From: an uncultured Acidobacteriaceae bacterium
GTDB lineage: Bacteria; Acidobacteriota; Terriglobia; Terriglobales; Acidobacteriaceae
Direction: 5' to 3'
NCBI GenBank assembly: GCA_963720135.1
Contig: CAVREJ010000028.1
Coordinates: 38,680-102,679, forward strand
DNA length: 64,000 nucleotides
Part shown: positions 11,249 to 20,555 of the stretch, in pieces
Position numbering within the stretch: the stretch's first letter is position 1
Layout of the letters: the number at the start of each line of letters is the position of its first letter
Program-made: the position numbers and the translations under genes
The notes under the pieces: generated by a model
What the model saw: only the letters and a program-made list of their open reading frames with translations
What the model was told of the DNA's origin: nothing
Databases searched by the model: none

Positions 11249-14200
11249 CTACGCCATGACGGCGTGCAGTGTTTTGAAGGCTTCGGCATTGAGGCCGTCG
11301 GGCATCGCCGCCGTACGGTAGCCGAAGACCCGCAGGTAGCAATTCCCTTTTGCGTCCACGACCTCGGCATCGAAGCTTGCTTGGTCCGGATTGGGAGTGA
11401 CGACCGCATACAACTGGCTCTCCGCCAAGGCCGGCGCACGCAACAACGAAACTTCGTGGACCGCCAGTGGCAGACCAAACCGGTTTTGGACAGTCATTTC
11501 CCAAAGGCCGGCGGTCTGGAAGCAGAGCTCGATCAGCCGCGGCGTCATCAGCGTCGGCTGGTCGGATGGGCGGTGATTGCCCGGGAGGCCTTTGGCCATT
11601 ACTCCAACCATCTGCTTTCCATCCCACCAAGCCCGTTGCAGAACTTGGTAAGCCGGTCCGTGGAAATAGACGCGATAAATATCAGCAGCTTCGATGAACG
11701 AGTCAGCCGACATCTGCGGCGTCTTCCCGGTTACAGCTGTCGGTGTCTGTTTCGACAGCCGCACGCGGGCGGTGAAGTGAACGGTTTCTTGCGGCTCCGG
11801 GTGGTTGGGTAAGGTGCGCCGCCCGATGAGTCGGCAATCTGCGACCAAGCTGTCACCTTGCGGGCGGTACGCGGCTTGGACCGTAATCGTGCGCGGCTCA
11901 TCGCGGTAGAACTTGAACGGCGAGAGGAAATTTACCTCTGCCACCGCTTCGACATGCCAACCCGGAAGCACGCATCGGGCGGCTTCCGCGAAGCCTTCGA
12001 TTCCCATGACGCCCGGCAGTACCGGTGTGCCATCGATGCGATGATCGTACAAGAATGGTTGGATCTTCGGATCGAGCGTCGTCTCCATCGTCAAGCCGCT
12101 GTAAATTCCCATTCCCGTGATCTTGCCGACCATGGGCCCCTGTGCCGTTGTTTGCTTTCCGGCAACGGCTGCAAATGCGTCAGTGTCGAGCCCGCCCGTG
12201 GAATCCCACTCGGTCAGCAGAACGCCAAGATGCTGACCGACCACAACTTCACCGCGTGAACCTCCCAAGGTTAGTTCGCGGCGAATCCAAGGAATTCCCG
12301 CTTCAGGTCGGAGCATGTCGATGCCCGCCAGCTCCATCATCTTCGGGATGGAACCGCGTGTTGCCATTCCGATACCGGCCCACGCCGACCAGTCCAGGAC
12401 AATGCCACGCGTCAGTGGCCGCGTCGTGCGGAAGCTCGACGTGATCTTGCACAACAGATCGTTGGCTGAGCTGTAGTCCGTCTGCCCGCCATTGCCAAAC
12501 CGTCCTGCAACTGAGCTAAATGCTACCGTCGCTCCCAGCGGCATGTCGCCGATGGCCCGCAGCAGATTGAACCAGCCGTCACTCTTTACGTCGAAGACAA
12601 GATCGAATTCGCGTGGGTCCTTGTCTGGCAGGAAGTGGCTGCGCTCGACACCCGCAGCATGCAGCAGCACGTCAATGCGACCGCTGCGCTGGCGCACCTG
12701 GTTGACGATACTGGCCACCGCAGCCGTATCCGTAAGGTTGACGCTGAAGTAGTGCGCCGTGCCTCCGGCAGCTCGCACCGCGTCGATGGCGCTCTTGGCA
12801 GCGTGCGCCCGCTCTAGCGCTGCTAACTCCTTCTCGACCAGCGCCGGTGTAGCACGCTCACCGCGTGCCTGGATGCGTGCGAACAGATCCCGCTTCAGGC
12901 CATCTTTATCGGCCACAAAGCGCGCGACATCGGGATTATTCGGATCGGGTTCAGGCACCAGATCAAGCAAGTAGAACGTGCCACCAGAAGCTGCCGCCAA
13001 GTCAGCGGTGATGGCCGAGACGATACTTCCGGCCGCGCCAGTGATGAGAAACACAGTGTCGGTGTTCAAGGTCAGACCGGGCTGTCCATCGGCTACGGGC
13101 TGTTCTTGCAGGCCAACTGTCCAGCGCTGACCGTCCTTGTAGCCAACTTCGACTACTCCAGGGTCGCGCAGAGTTTCCTCAACAAGCAGTTCGGCAACCT
13201 CTGACGTCTTGGACTCGGCCTCGAAATCGACCGCCTTGACAAGGGCGTCGAGTCGTTCCCGCTTATAAGTTTTGGTAAAGCCGGTTACCGCGCCACCGAG
13301 CGGCGCAAGCGCTCCTGCCTCGTCGTATCCATGCTGCCCGCCCAATCTCGTGGCCGATACCAGGAATGTGCCCGGTTGTGCGACTTGGTCGAACAGAACA
13401 CGCATGGTGGTGTAAAGCAATTTCACTCTTATCTGCAGCGCCTCATGCCAAGCAGGCAAATCCAGTGTGCTGATGGATCCCTCGTAGTCCAGTGCTGGAA
13501 GCCAATAGACTCCTTGCACCGGCCCGGAGGCCAGCCAGCCTTGGAGGCGTTTGGCCAGCGTATCTGGATCGCGCGCGTCCTCGATCGCGAACACTTCGAC
13601 TCCCTTTGCCTGTAGCTGTTGGATCAATGCGCTCGCCACCCCGCCTTTGTCGGGCATGATTATCACGCGGCAACCCGCGCCAATTTTCACGCCGGTGGGT
13701 TTGCACAGGTTAAGCGGCGGCCGCAAGTTGGGCACTGGTACGCGACGTGGAATACTATCTGCCGCATCGAAGTTCGCGACTGGCAGCCGTGCAACCTTGG
13801 CCGTTGCCACAGCCGGTGTCGCAGAGACGGTTGCGGCGGATAGCCTTGTCCGCTGCCCAGCGTGTGCGAATTGAATAACGTGGGCCAGGGTCGGGAATTC
13901 GCGCAGCTTGAGATTCTCATCACGCGGGATGTTATATGCGGCGCGAATAGCAGCGAACATCTCCGCCTGCTTGACGGTGTCGATGCCGAGGTCCGCTTCG
14001 AGATCAAGGTCCAGATCGAGCATGTCCTTGGGATAGCCGGTCTTCTCCGCTACGATGTCGAGCACCTTCTCCTTAATGGAGGCATGCGTAACCGTCGCGG
14101 GCACGACAGCAGCCGGCTCGGGAACGGTCGGTTCAGCGGTCGTTGACGGTGACGATGCGGTAGGCGACAAATCGGGGCGCTTGTCATATACGAATTGGAT

Positions 14201-15238
14201 CACGTGCGCCAGGGTGGGGTAATCGCGTAGTTTGCGGTTCTCGTCGCGAGGAATGTTGTAGATTTCACGAATGGCGGCGAACATCTCCGCTTGCTTCACC
14301 GTATCAACGCCGAGGTCCGCTTCCAGATCGAGATCGACATCCAACATGTCTTTGGGATAGCCGGTCTTTTCCACCATCAATTCGAGAATGCGTTCCTTCA
14401 CCGACTCGCCAGCACCGTTGTTAGGAGTCGCCACGGCTGCTGGTGTTGTCAGTTGGGGCGAAACCGGCGTAGTCGGGGCCGCTGGCTCGCTAATCGTCGG
14501 AGACAATGAAGGCGTACCGGCCAGGTCGGGCCGCTTGTCATACACGAATTGAATCACGTGCGCCAGTGTGGGGTAATCCCGCAGCTTGCGGTTTTCGTCG
14601 CGTGGGATGTTATAGATCTCACGGATGGCGGCGAACATCTCCGCCTGCTTGACCGTGTCGACGCCAAGGTCCGCTTCCAGATCAAGGTCGACGTCCAGCA
14701 TGTCTTTGGGATAGCCAGTCTTTTCCACCATCAAAGCCAGGATGCGCTGCTTCACGGAATCGCCAGCGCCATCGGCCGGCGATGTTACCGGCGGCACGGG
14801 TGCGGTCGGCTGGACCGCGACGGGCGTCGGCGCAGGTGCAGGCGCCTCGGTCGTTTTCGGCGAGGGAGGAGTACCGCCAGCCAAGTCCGGCCGCTTTTCG
14901 TACACGAACCGAATCACATGCGCCAATGTCGGGTAGTCACGCAGCTTGCGGTTCTCGTCGCGCGGAATGTTGTAGATCTCGCGAATCGCCGCGAACATTT
15001 CTGCCTGCTTGACCGTGTCCACACCGAGATCCGCTTCCAGATCAAGATCGACATCCAACATGTCTTGCGGGTAACCGGTCTTCTCAACCATTAAGGAAAG
15101 GATGCGTTCCTTCACCGATTCGCCAGCGCCGTTCCTAGGAAGCACAGCGGGGGTTGCCGCAGGAACCTTCGTTACTTCCTTCACCGTCGCCCGCGTGGCC
15201 GATGCCGTCACGGCCGGTATCTGTTCTTTGACCGGCAT
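11249..15238 (-). CDS. PfaA-like megasynthase, C-terminal part: 4x tandem carrier (ACP) domains - ketoreductase - hot-dog dehydratase
   Basis: 1,329 aa.
- Four repeats of ...LDLEADLG[VI]DTVKQAEMF...
- KR Rossmann FLITGAAGSIVSA and DYSSAND.
- DH motif HRIDGTPVLP (HxxxGxxxxP).
ATG 15238 has no obvious SD and lies inside the 3' end of the upstream ORF. This ORF is probably the continuation of 15135-20139. Confidence 0.9.
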   Translation of the reverse strand: MPVKEQIPAVTASATRATVKEVTKVPAATPAVLPRNGAGESVKERILSLMVEKTGYPQDMLDVDLDLEADLGVDTVKQAEMFAAIREIYNIPRDENRKLRDYPTLAHVIRFVYEKRPDLAGGTPPSPKTTEAPAPAPTPVAVQPTAPVPPVTSPADGAGDSVKQRILALMVEKTGYPKDMLDVDLDLEADLGVDTVKQAEMFAAIREIYNIPRDENRKLRDYPTLAHVIQFVYDKRPDLAGTPSLSPTISEPAAPTTPVSPQLTTPAAVATPNNGAGESVKERILELMVEKTGYPKDMLDVDLDLEADLGVDTVKQAEMFAAIREIYNIPRDENRKLRDYPTLAHVIQFVYDKRPDLSPTASSPSTTAEPTVPEPAAVVPATVTHASIKEKVLDIVAEKTGYPKDMLDLDLDLEADLGIDTVKQAEMFAAIRAAYNIPRDENLKLREFPTLAHVIQFAHAGQRTRLSAATVSATPAVATAKVARLPVANFDAADSIPRRVPVPNLRPPLNLCKPTGVKIGAGCRVIIMPDKGGVASALIQQLQAKGVEVFAIEDARDPDTLAKRLQGWLASGPVQGVYWLPALDYEGSISTLDLPAWHEALQIRVKLLYTTMRVLFDQVAQPGTFLVSATRLGGQHGYDEAGALAPLGGAVTGFTKTYKRERLDALVKAVDFEAESKTSEVAELLVEETLRDPGVVEVGYKDGQRWTVGLQEQPVADGQPGLTLNTDTVFLITGAAGSIVSAITADLAAASGGTFYLLDLVPEPDPNNPDVARFVADKDGLKRDLFARIQARGERATPALVEKELAALERAHAAKSAIDAVRAAGGTAHYFSVNLTDTAAVASIVNQVRQRSGRIDVLLHAAGVERSHFLPDKDPREFDLVFDVKSDGWFNLLRAIGDMPLGATVAFSSVAGRFGNGGQTDYSSANDLLCKITSSFRTTRPLTRGIVLDWSAWAGIGMATRGSIPKMMELAGIDMLRPEAGIPWIRRELTLGGSRGEVVVGQHLGVLLTEWDSTGGLDTDAFAAVAGKQTTAQGPMVGKITGMGIYSGLTMETTLDPKIQPFLYDHRIDGTPVLPGVMGIEGFAEAARCVLPGWHVEAVAEVNFLSPFKFYRDEPRTITVQAAYRPQGDSLVADCRLIGRRTLPNHPEPQETVHFTARVRLSKQTPTAVTGKTPQMSADSFIEAADIYRVYFHGPAYQVLQRAWWDGKQMVGVMAKGLPGNHRPSDQPTLMTPRLIELCFQTAGLWEMTVQNRFGLPLAVHEVSLLRAPALAESQLYAVVTPNPDQASFDAEVVDAKGNCYLRVFGYRTAAMPDGLNAEAFKTLHAVMA
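13865..15127 (-). repeat. Four tandem coding repeats (about 330-360 nt each) encoding carrier-protein domains
   Basis: Amino-acid repeats start at residues ~38, ~158, ~276 and ~386 of the 1,329-aa ORF. Copies 1-3 are nearly identical in protein sequence but differ at synonymous sites. A/P/T-rich linkers separate them. Confidence 0.9.
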
Positions 15239-18200
15239 CCATGCGACCGGATTTCGCCATGGGCTTTGGCGGTGCGGACGCTACTGGCGGAGCCACTTGC
15301 GCCTGCACTTCGGGCTTAGTGGCTGGCTTGGGCGCAGGTGCCGTTACTGGCACGGAATCCTTGGCGGCTCCGGCGATCCGCGCTGCCAATCCTTGATCCG
15401 GCACTCGTAACGTGCGGTGGACCACTTCCAGATTCGGGACCAGACGGCCTGCCATCCGGGTTAGCCAAGCATTCCAGGCATCCTTGTCGGCAATACGGTA
15501 GGAGTAGCCAAGCGCCTTGGGACTGCGACGAATGCCGTCCTTGGTCGGCAGCCACTTCAACAAAATGATGCTGATCTGTGAACCGAAACCGGCGCCCAAA
15601 TGCATTGCATACTGGACGGGATAGGCGCCGCCCTTCGACAGGTTCAGGACGCCCAGCTCGGGATCGACTTCCTTGAAGTTGGCAACGGGCGGCAGCAATC
15701 CCGTCTCCAGCGCCTTCACGGCGAGGACATCTTCAATACCAGTCCCCATGGCGTGACCAGTCATCCCTTTGGTGTTGGCGATCACGACTTGATCCGCGCT
15801 GTCGCCGAAGATGCGACGCAGTGCATGGATCTCCGCCGAAGCGCTGCCACCACGAGCAGGGGTGTAGGTCTCGTGCGAAACGAAAACCATTTGCGGAGCT
15901 ATTTCGTTGCGGGTAACCCCGGTGCGCGTTTCGACTTGGCTTACCAGGCCCTCCATCACCTGGCCGATGTGCTGGACATCGAGGCGAGTGCCGTGAAACG
16001 CGCTATTGGCCGTCACCGTGCCCAGCACTTCACATATGGGCTGGATTCCGCGTTCACGAGCGGCATCCAAGCTCTCAATCACGAGCGCGGCGGCGCCCAT
16101 GCCCATAATCATGCCGTGCCGGCGGCGATCGAAGGGAACGGCGGCATCTTCCACCTTTTCGTCGGTGGCTGAGGTTCCGCTGGCCAAAAATCCGGCGCCC
16201 ATCCATCCCATCAGGTGGTCCGAGGTGACATCGTCGGCCGAGATGACGATCACGCGGCGGCAGCGCCCCGCGCGGATCCAGTCCTGCGCCAACGAAACTC
16301 CTTGAGCAGTGGTCGCGCATGCGGAATTGATTTGCGTGTTGGGACCACGCGCGCCGATGAGCTCGGCGAACTGCGAGTGCCCCATCGACAAAACTCTCAG
16401 CAGGAAGCGCCGGTCGAAGACGTAGTTTTCTTTCTCGATTGTGCTGCGCAACTCCTCGATGCGCCGGTCTAATTCTTGCCCCAGGTCCGAATGGCCATTC
16501 CCTGCCGCGCGGAGGCGCAAACCCTCCAGCAAAGCCAACTGTGCGCGACGCTCATGGTCCTCGTGATAGCTCCCTATAATGTCGGCGAAGGAATCATAAC
16601 CGGGGAAGGCCGAGCCGAAAATCACGCCGGTGTCGTCACGCATACCGTCCGGCAAACCCCAACGGTCAGGTAACTGCGTGCCTTTGGTCGTGGTCTTATA
16701 ACGCATGACCAGGGGGATGCCGGCATCACGTAGCGCGTCGATTCCCGCGCCGATAGCCAGGCGAGTAACCTGGTCGAAGGCGGCGAGGTGCTCGGTGGGA
16801 ACGCCGAATTCACTTTCCAAATCGAAAGCGCCCCCGCGACCTGCTAGCTTGATAACATCCGCCACATCCGTGATGGACTCGAAAGTGGGCTCTCCCTTTT
16901 CGCTCTTAACCAAGCGTCTGATGCGCTTGTCCACCATCTCCTGGCGGAAGCGCGCAGGGATCGAGCTGATGAATTGGTCGCCACGCAAGATGCGTTCGAT
17001 ATTGCCATCGTCGAAGATGCGCTCGGTACCTGGCAGACCCAGCGATGCTCCCGTGATGCTGACTTGGAGATTCGCGCTGGCAGAAGTGTCGCCGTGATGC
17101 CAGCCGGCGCGTTCCAGGGTCTCGGTCAACAGACGGCCGAGCTCGTCATATCCATGACCGTTCGAACGAGTTGCCGGTGTCGGAAAAGCAGCCGTGACGG
17201 AAGCCACCACCGGCATTGGTCTGGTCTCGTTCGCTGCCACAGAAGGCGCAGGTCTCACTGGGATATCGACCGCCACATCGGGTCTCCCGTGGCCCAATCC
17301 CGCCCCATAAAGTGCGCACAGCGCCTGGTTGAAGGCCGGAATATCCCCGAATTTCGGGTGATTCGTGAAAAGCGAAACCACGTCGCCGCGTCCGCCGAGC
17401 ACTTCTTCTGCAAATCCCTGCAACGCCTTCTTCGGCCCCACTTCAACGAAGATTCGCGCGCCCGCATCGTAGAGCGTGTTCAAGCCTTTCACGAACTGTA
17501 CCGGCGAAGCGACCTGCTGCGCGAGAAGCTCCAGCATCTGCGGGACAACATCAGGTCCGTTGGGATAAAACTCGCCATTTACGTTGGCGACCACTGGCAC
17601 AAGAGGTGGCCGGACGTTCAGGTGCGATAGCATTTCGCGTAGAGGCTCGCTGGCCGGAGCCACAATCGAGGTGTGGAAGGCGTGGCTCACCGGCAAGGGG
17701 GCCACGTCGTACCCGGCTTGCAGGAAGATCTGTATGGCTTGCTCGACTGCCTGGCTGGCCCCGCCGATGACCGACTGCTGACCGCTGTTTACGTTGGCGA
17801 TCACAACGTAGCCGTCAATGGTCTTCAGGATTCGCTCGACTTCAGCAAGCGGCGCAAAGACCGCCGCCATCTTTCCGGTATCTTTCACGGCCACTTTCGT
17901 CATGCCCCGACCGCGGGCGCTGACTGCCGACAATGCGTCCTCGAAGGTAAGCGAGCCTGACGCGACTAAGGCGCCGTATTCGCCCAAGCTGTGTCCCATG
18001 GTCATGTCAGGCCGGATGCCATAAGCGTCCAACAGCCGGGTTAGTGCGAGGTCGATCGTCAGCACGGTGGGCTGAGTGATCTCGGTCTGGCGCAGATCTT
18101 CTTCCGCTTTCGCCACGGCGTCCGGGTTAGTTTTGTCCACGAAGACAAACTCGCTCAATGGCCTGCCCAGCAGCGGAGTCATGATGCGGTCCGCTTCGGC

Positions 18201-20139
18201 AAACGTCTTGGCTACGATTGGTTCGGCAGCGCAGAGAGGCTCAAGCATGTTGACGTACTGCGAGCCTTGCCCGGTGTACAGGAACGCCACTTTGCCGGCA
18301 GTGCCGCTTCCACGGAAGATACCTTGTGGACGCAGGGCCTTCCAGATGGGAGGTTGATTGGCTTTCAGCGCCTTCAGGGCTTTGATCGATTTGTCGGCCA
18401 AATCGACGGCATCGGCGTAGTCAATCGCCAGGCGTTCGGGAGCTCTCAGGTCCGATTCCGCTGGAGCCGATGGTGCTGGTGCACGACCTGCCGCTGCATC
18501 CTGTTGAACTGCCTGCAGACGCTCCGCTAGAGCCACATCTGATTCAGCGCCGATCACGAGTGCGCCTCTCAATGGTGGTTTGCTGGAGACAGCTGATGGT
18601 GACAGAGACGCAACAGTCGGCACAGGAACAACAGCCGCCACGCTGACCGTCTGCTCTGCCACAACTGGCGATGGTGCGCTGACTGCAACCGAATGCCTGC
18701 CATTTCCGTTGAGCTTGCCGGGTATGTACTCTTCGAGGACGGCGTGGAAGTTGGTGCCGCCAAACCCGAAGGCGCTCAGCCCGACTCGCCGCGTGACATC
18801 CGCGGGGACCGTCCACGGTCGCAACTCGGTGTTGACATATAGAGGGGAGCGAGCAAAGTCAATGGCCGGGTTGGGATGTTTGAAATTCAGGCTGGGCGGC
18901 AACACCTTATCGCGCAGCGCCAAGGTTGCTTTCAGCAATCCAGCCGCGCCCGCGGCTCCTTTCAGATGCCCAATGTTCGATTTAACAGAGCCCAGTGCCA
19001 CCGACCCGGCGGGGAGATTCAAATTGCCGAACACATCGGCCATGCTTTGCAATTCAATCGCGTCGCCCACGCTGGTCGACGTGCCATGGCCTTCCATCAA
19101 CGTACCGGCGGTTGGAGATAACCCGGCATTTTGCCAGCCGCGCTCGATAGCCAGCTTTTGACCAATCGGGTTGGGCGCCGTAATTCCCTTTCCCTTGCCG
19201 TCGCTCGCACCGCCAATCCCGCGCAGCAGCGGCGTAGATTTTGTCGCCATCGTGCTCGGCATCGGCCAAACGCTTGAGCAAAAAGATCGCCGCGCCTTCG
19301 CCCATTACGAAACCATCGGCTCCCTCCGCGTAGGGACGGCTATCGATCGCCGAGAGCGCCCCGATCTTGCAAAACTTAACGAAGGTGGGGGCTCCCATGT
19401 TGCGATCGATCCCGCCGCAGACCGCCACGTCAAAGTCATTCGCCACTAGCCCTTCGACCGCCGAGCTGATCGCCGCCATTGCCGATGCGCACGCCGCATC
19501 GCACACGTAATTGGGCCCGTGAAAGTTGTAGATATTCGCAATGCGGCCGGCAATGCAGTTGGCCAATTCGCCGGGCATGCTGTCTTCTGTAATTTCAGGG
19601 AGGAGCTTAGCCATGCGGTCGTGCAATTCGCGCGTGATGTCTCGACGTGCTCCCGCCGGCAACGCGGCGAAGGTGGCGCTATCCGCCAACTCACGAGCGT
19701 ATTCCGGAAAGTGCACGCGCAATGAGGTGAGGTAATGTCTTTCGCCAGCCATGGCATTGCCCAGGATTACTGCAGTGCGATCAAGATTCAGTGGCCGCTT
19801 AGGATAGCCATAGTCTTCCAACGCTTCGCGGGTAGACGCGATGGCCCATTTTTGCGCAATGTCCATGGCATCGATTACGCGGGGCGGTATGGGCAGATGC
19901 CACTTCATTGGCTCCCACACATATTCCCGCACCCAGCCACCGATCTTCGAGTAGGTCTTGTCGGGCGCGCTGTGGTCGGAATCGTAATAAAGCGCCGGGT
20001 CCCAACGATCGGATGGAACCTCGCTGATGCTGTAACGGCTGTTCTTCACGTTTTCCCAGAAAGCCGGTACGTTCACGGCATCGGGTAGAACTGCCCCTGC
20101 CCCCACAATCGCAATCGCACGATGAGCGGTGTTTTCCAT
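15135..20139 (-). pseudogene. PfaA-like megasynthase, N-terminal part: KS - acyltransferase - second KS (one internal apparent frameshift)
   Basis: Frame 1 (20139 to ~19230): KS1 with DAACAS, Cys codon at 19489-19491.
Frame 2 (~19229 to 15135):
- KS1 C-half (EGHGTST, KSNIGH).
- AT with GHSLGE, Ser codon at 17988-17990.
- KS2 with NSACATT, Cys codon at 16317-16319, plus SHETYTP and TGHAMG.
- A/P/K-rich linker at the 3' end. Confidence 0.85.
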
Positions 20140-20417
20140 GTCTGGTCACTTCCTTTGGAACATTCTTTTGACTCGAACGAAAATGGTGGCTATCGGGCGA
20201 CGAAAAGCAGGCGTTCGGAGGTTGGGGCCTGTCTCACTCTTTCCCACGCGGGGAGTGACGATCCACTCTCACGGCCTGGATGACCCGGGTGCGCCCGAGA
20301 GCATCCCTACTGTGACAGGAGGCCTGTATCTGTGTCAGTGATGTAACGTTGGGGGCTCGGTGATGCAGGCCACACGGGAGGGTGATACGTCGCGAGTTAG
20401 ACTATTTGCATTATAAG

Positions 20418-20480
20418 TTACAACATATACATTACGTATTGCAACACGTATATTAAGTGTTGCAACATTAATTGTTGGAT
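20418..20480. promoter_or_regulatory. Three 21-bp-phased TT[A/G]CAACA direct repeats in an AT-rich island (candidate operator/promoter region)
   Basis: TTACAACA at 20418, TTGCAACA at 20439 and TTGCAACA at 20460. The last copy overlaps the palindrome CAACA-TTAAT-TGTTG (20463-20477). The site lies upstream of the megasynthase gene start at 20139. Confidence 0.4.
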
Positions 20481-20503
20481 AGGGCCGGACCAAAGCAGAT
20501 ACC

Positions 20504-20536
20504 ACAGGCATCCGATTCGCAAAACCGGATGCCTGT
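20504..20536 (-). terminator. Hairpin downstream of the acyl-CoA dehydrogenase gene (candidate terminator)
   Basis: ACAGGCATCCG (20504-20514) and CGGATGCCTGT (20526-20536) form an 11-bp perfect stem with an 11-nt loop, 20 nt after the acd stop. The T-rich tract is clearer on the plus strand (ATTTGTTTCT) than on the minus strand. Confidence 0.45.
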
Positions 20537-20555
20537 ATTTGTTTCTGTCCCACGC

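Noticed and set aside
13865-15127. Regular ~350-nt tandem repeats considered as a CRISPR-like or VNTR array
   Set aside because: The repeat units are far longer than CRISPR repeats. They are in frame, encode conserved carrier-protein folds and differ mainly at synonymous sites, so they are coding domain duplications.
20140-20417. Long leader upstream of the megasynthase examined for a riboswitch or attenuator
   Set aside because: Some local stems are present (e.g. CACTC..GAGTG), but nothing matches any riboswitch consensus I know. There is no terminator/antiterminator pair with a U-tract. I left it as a long 5' region only.
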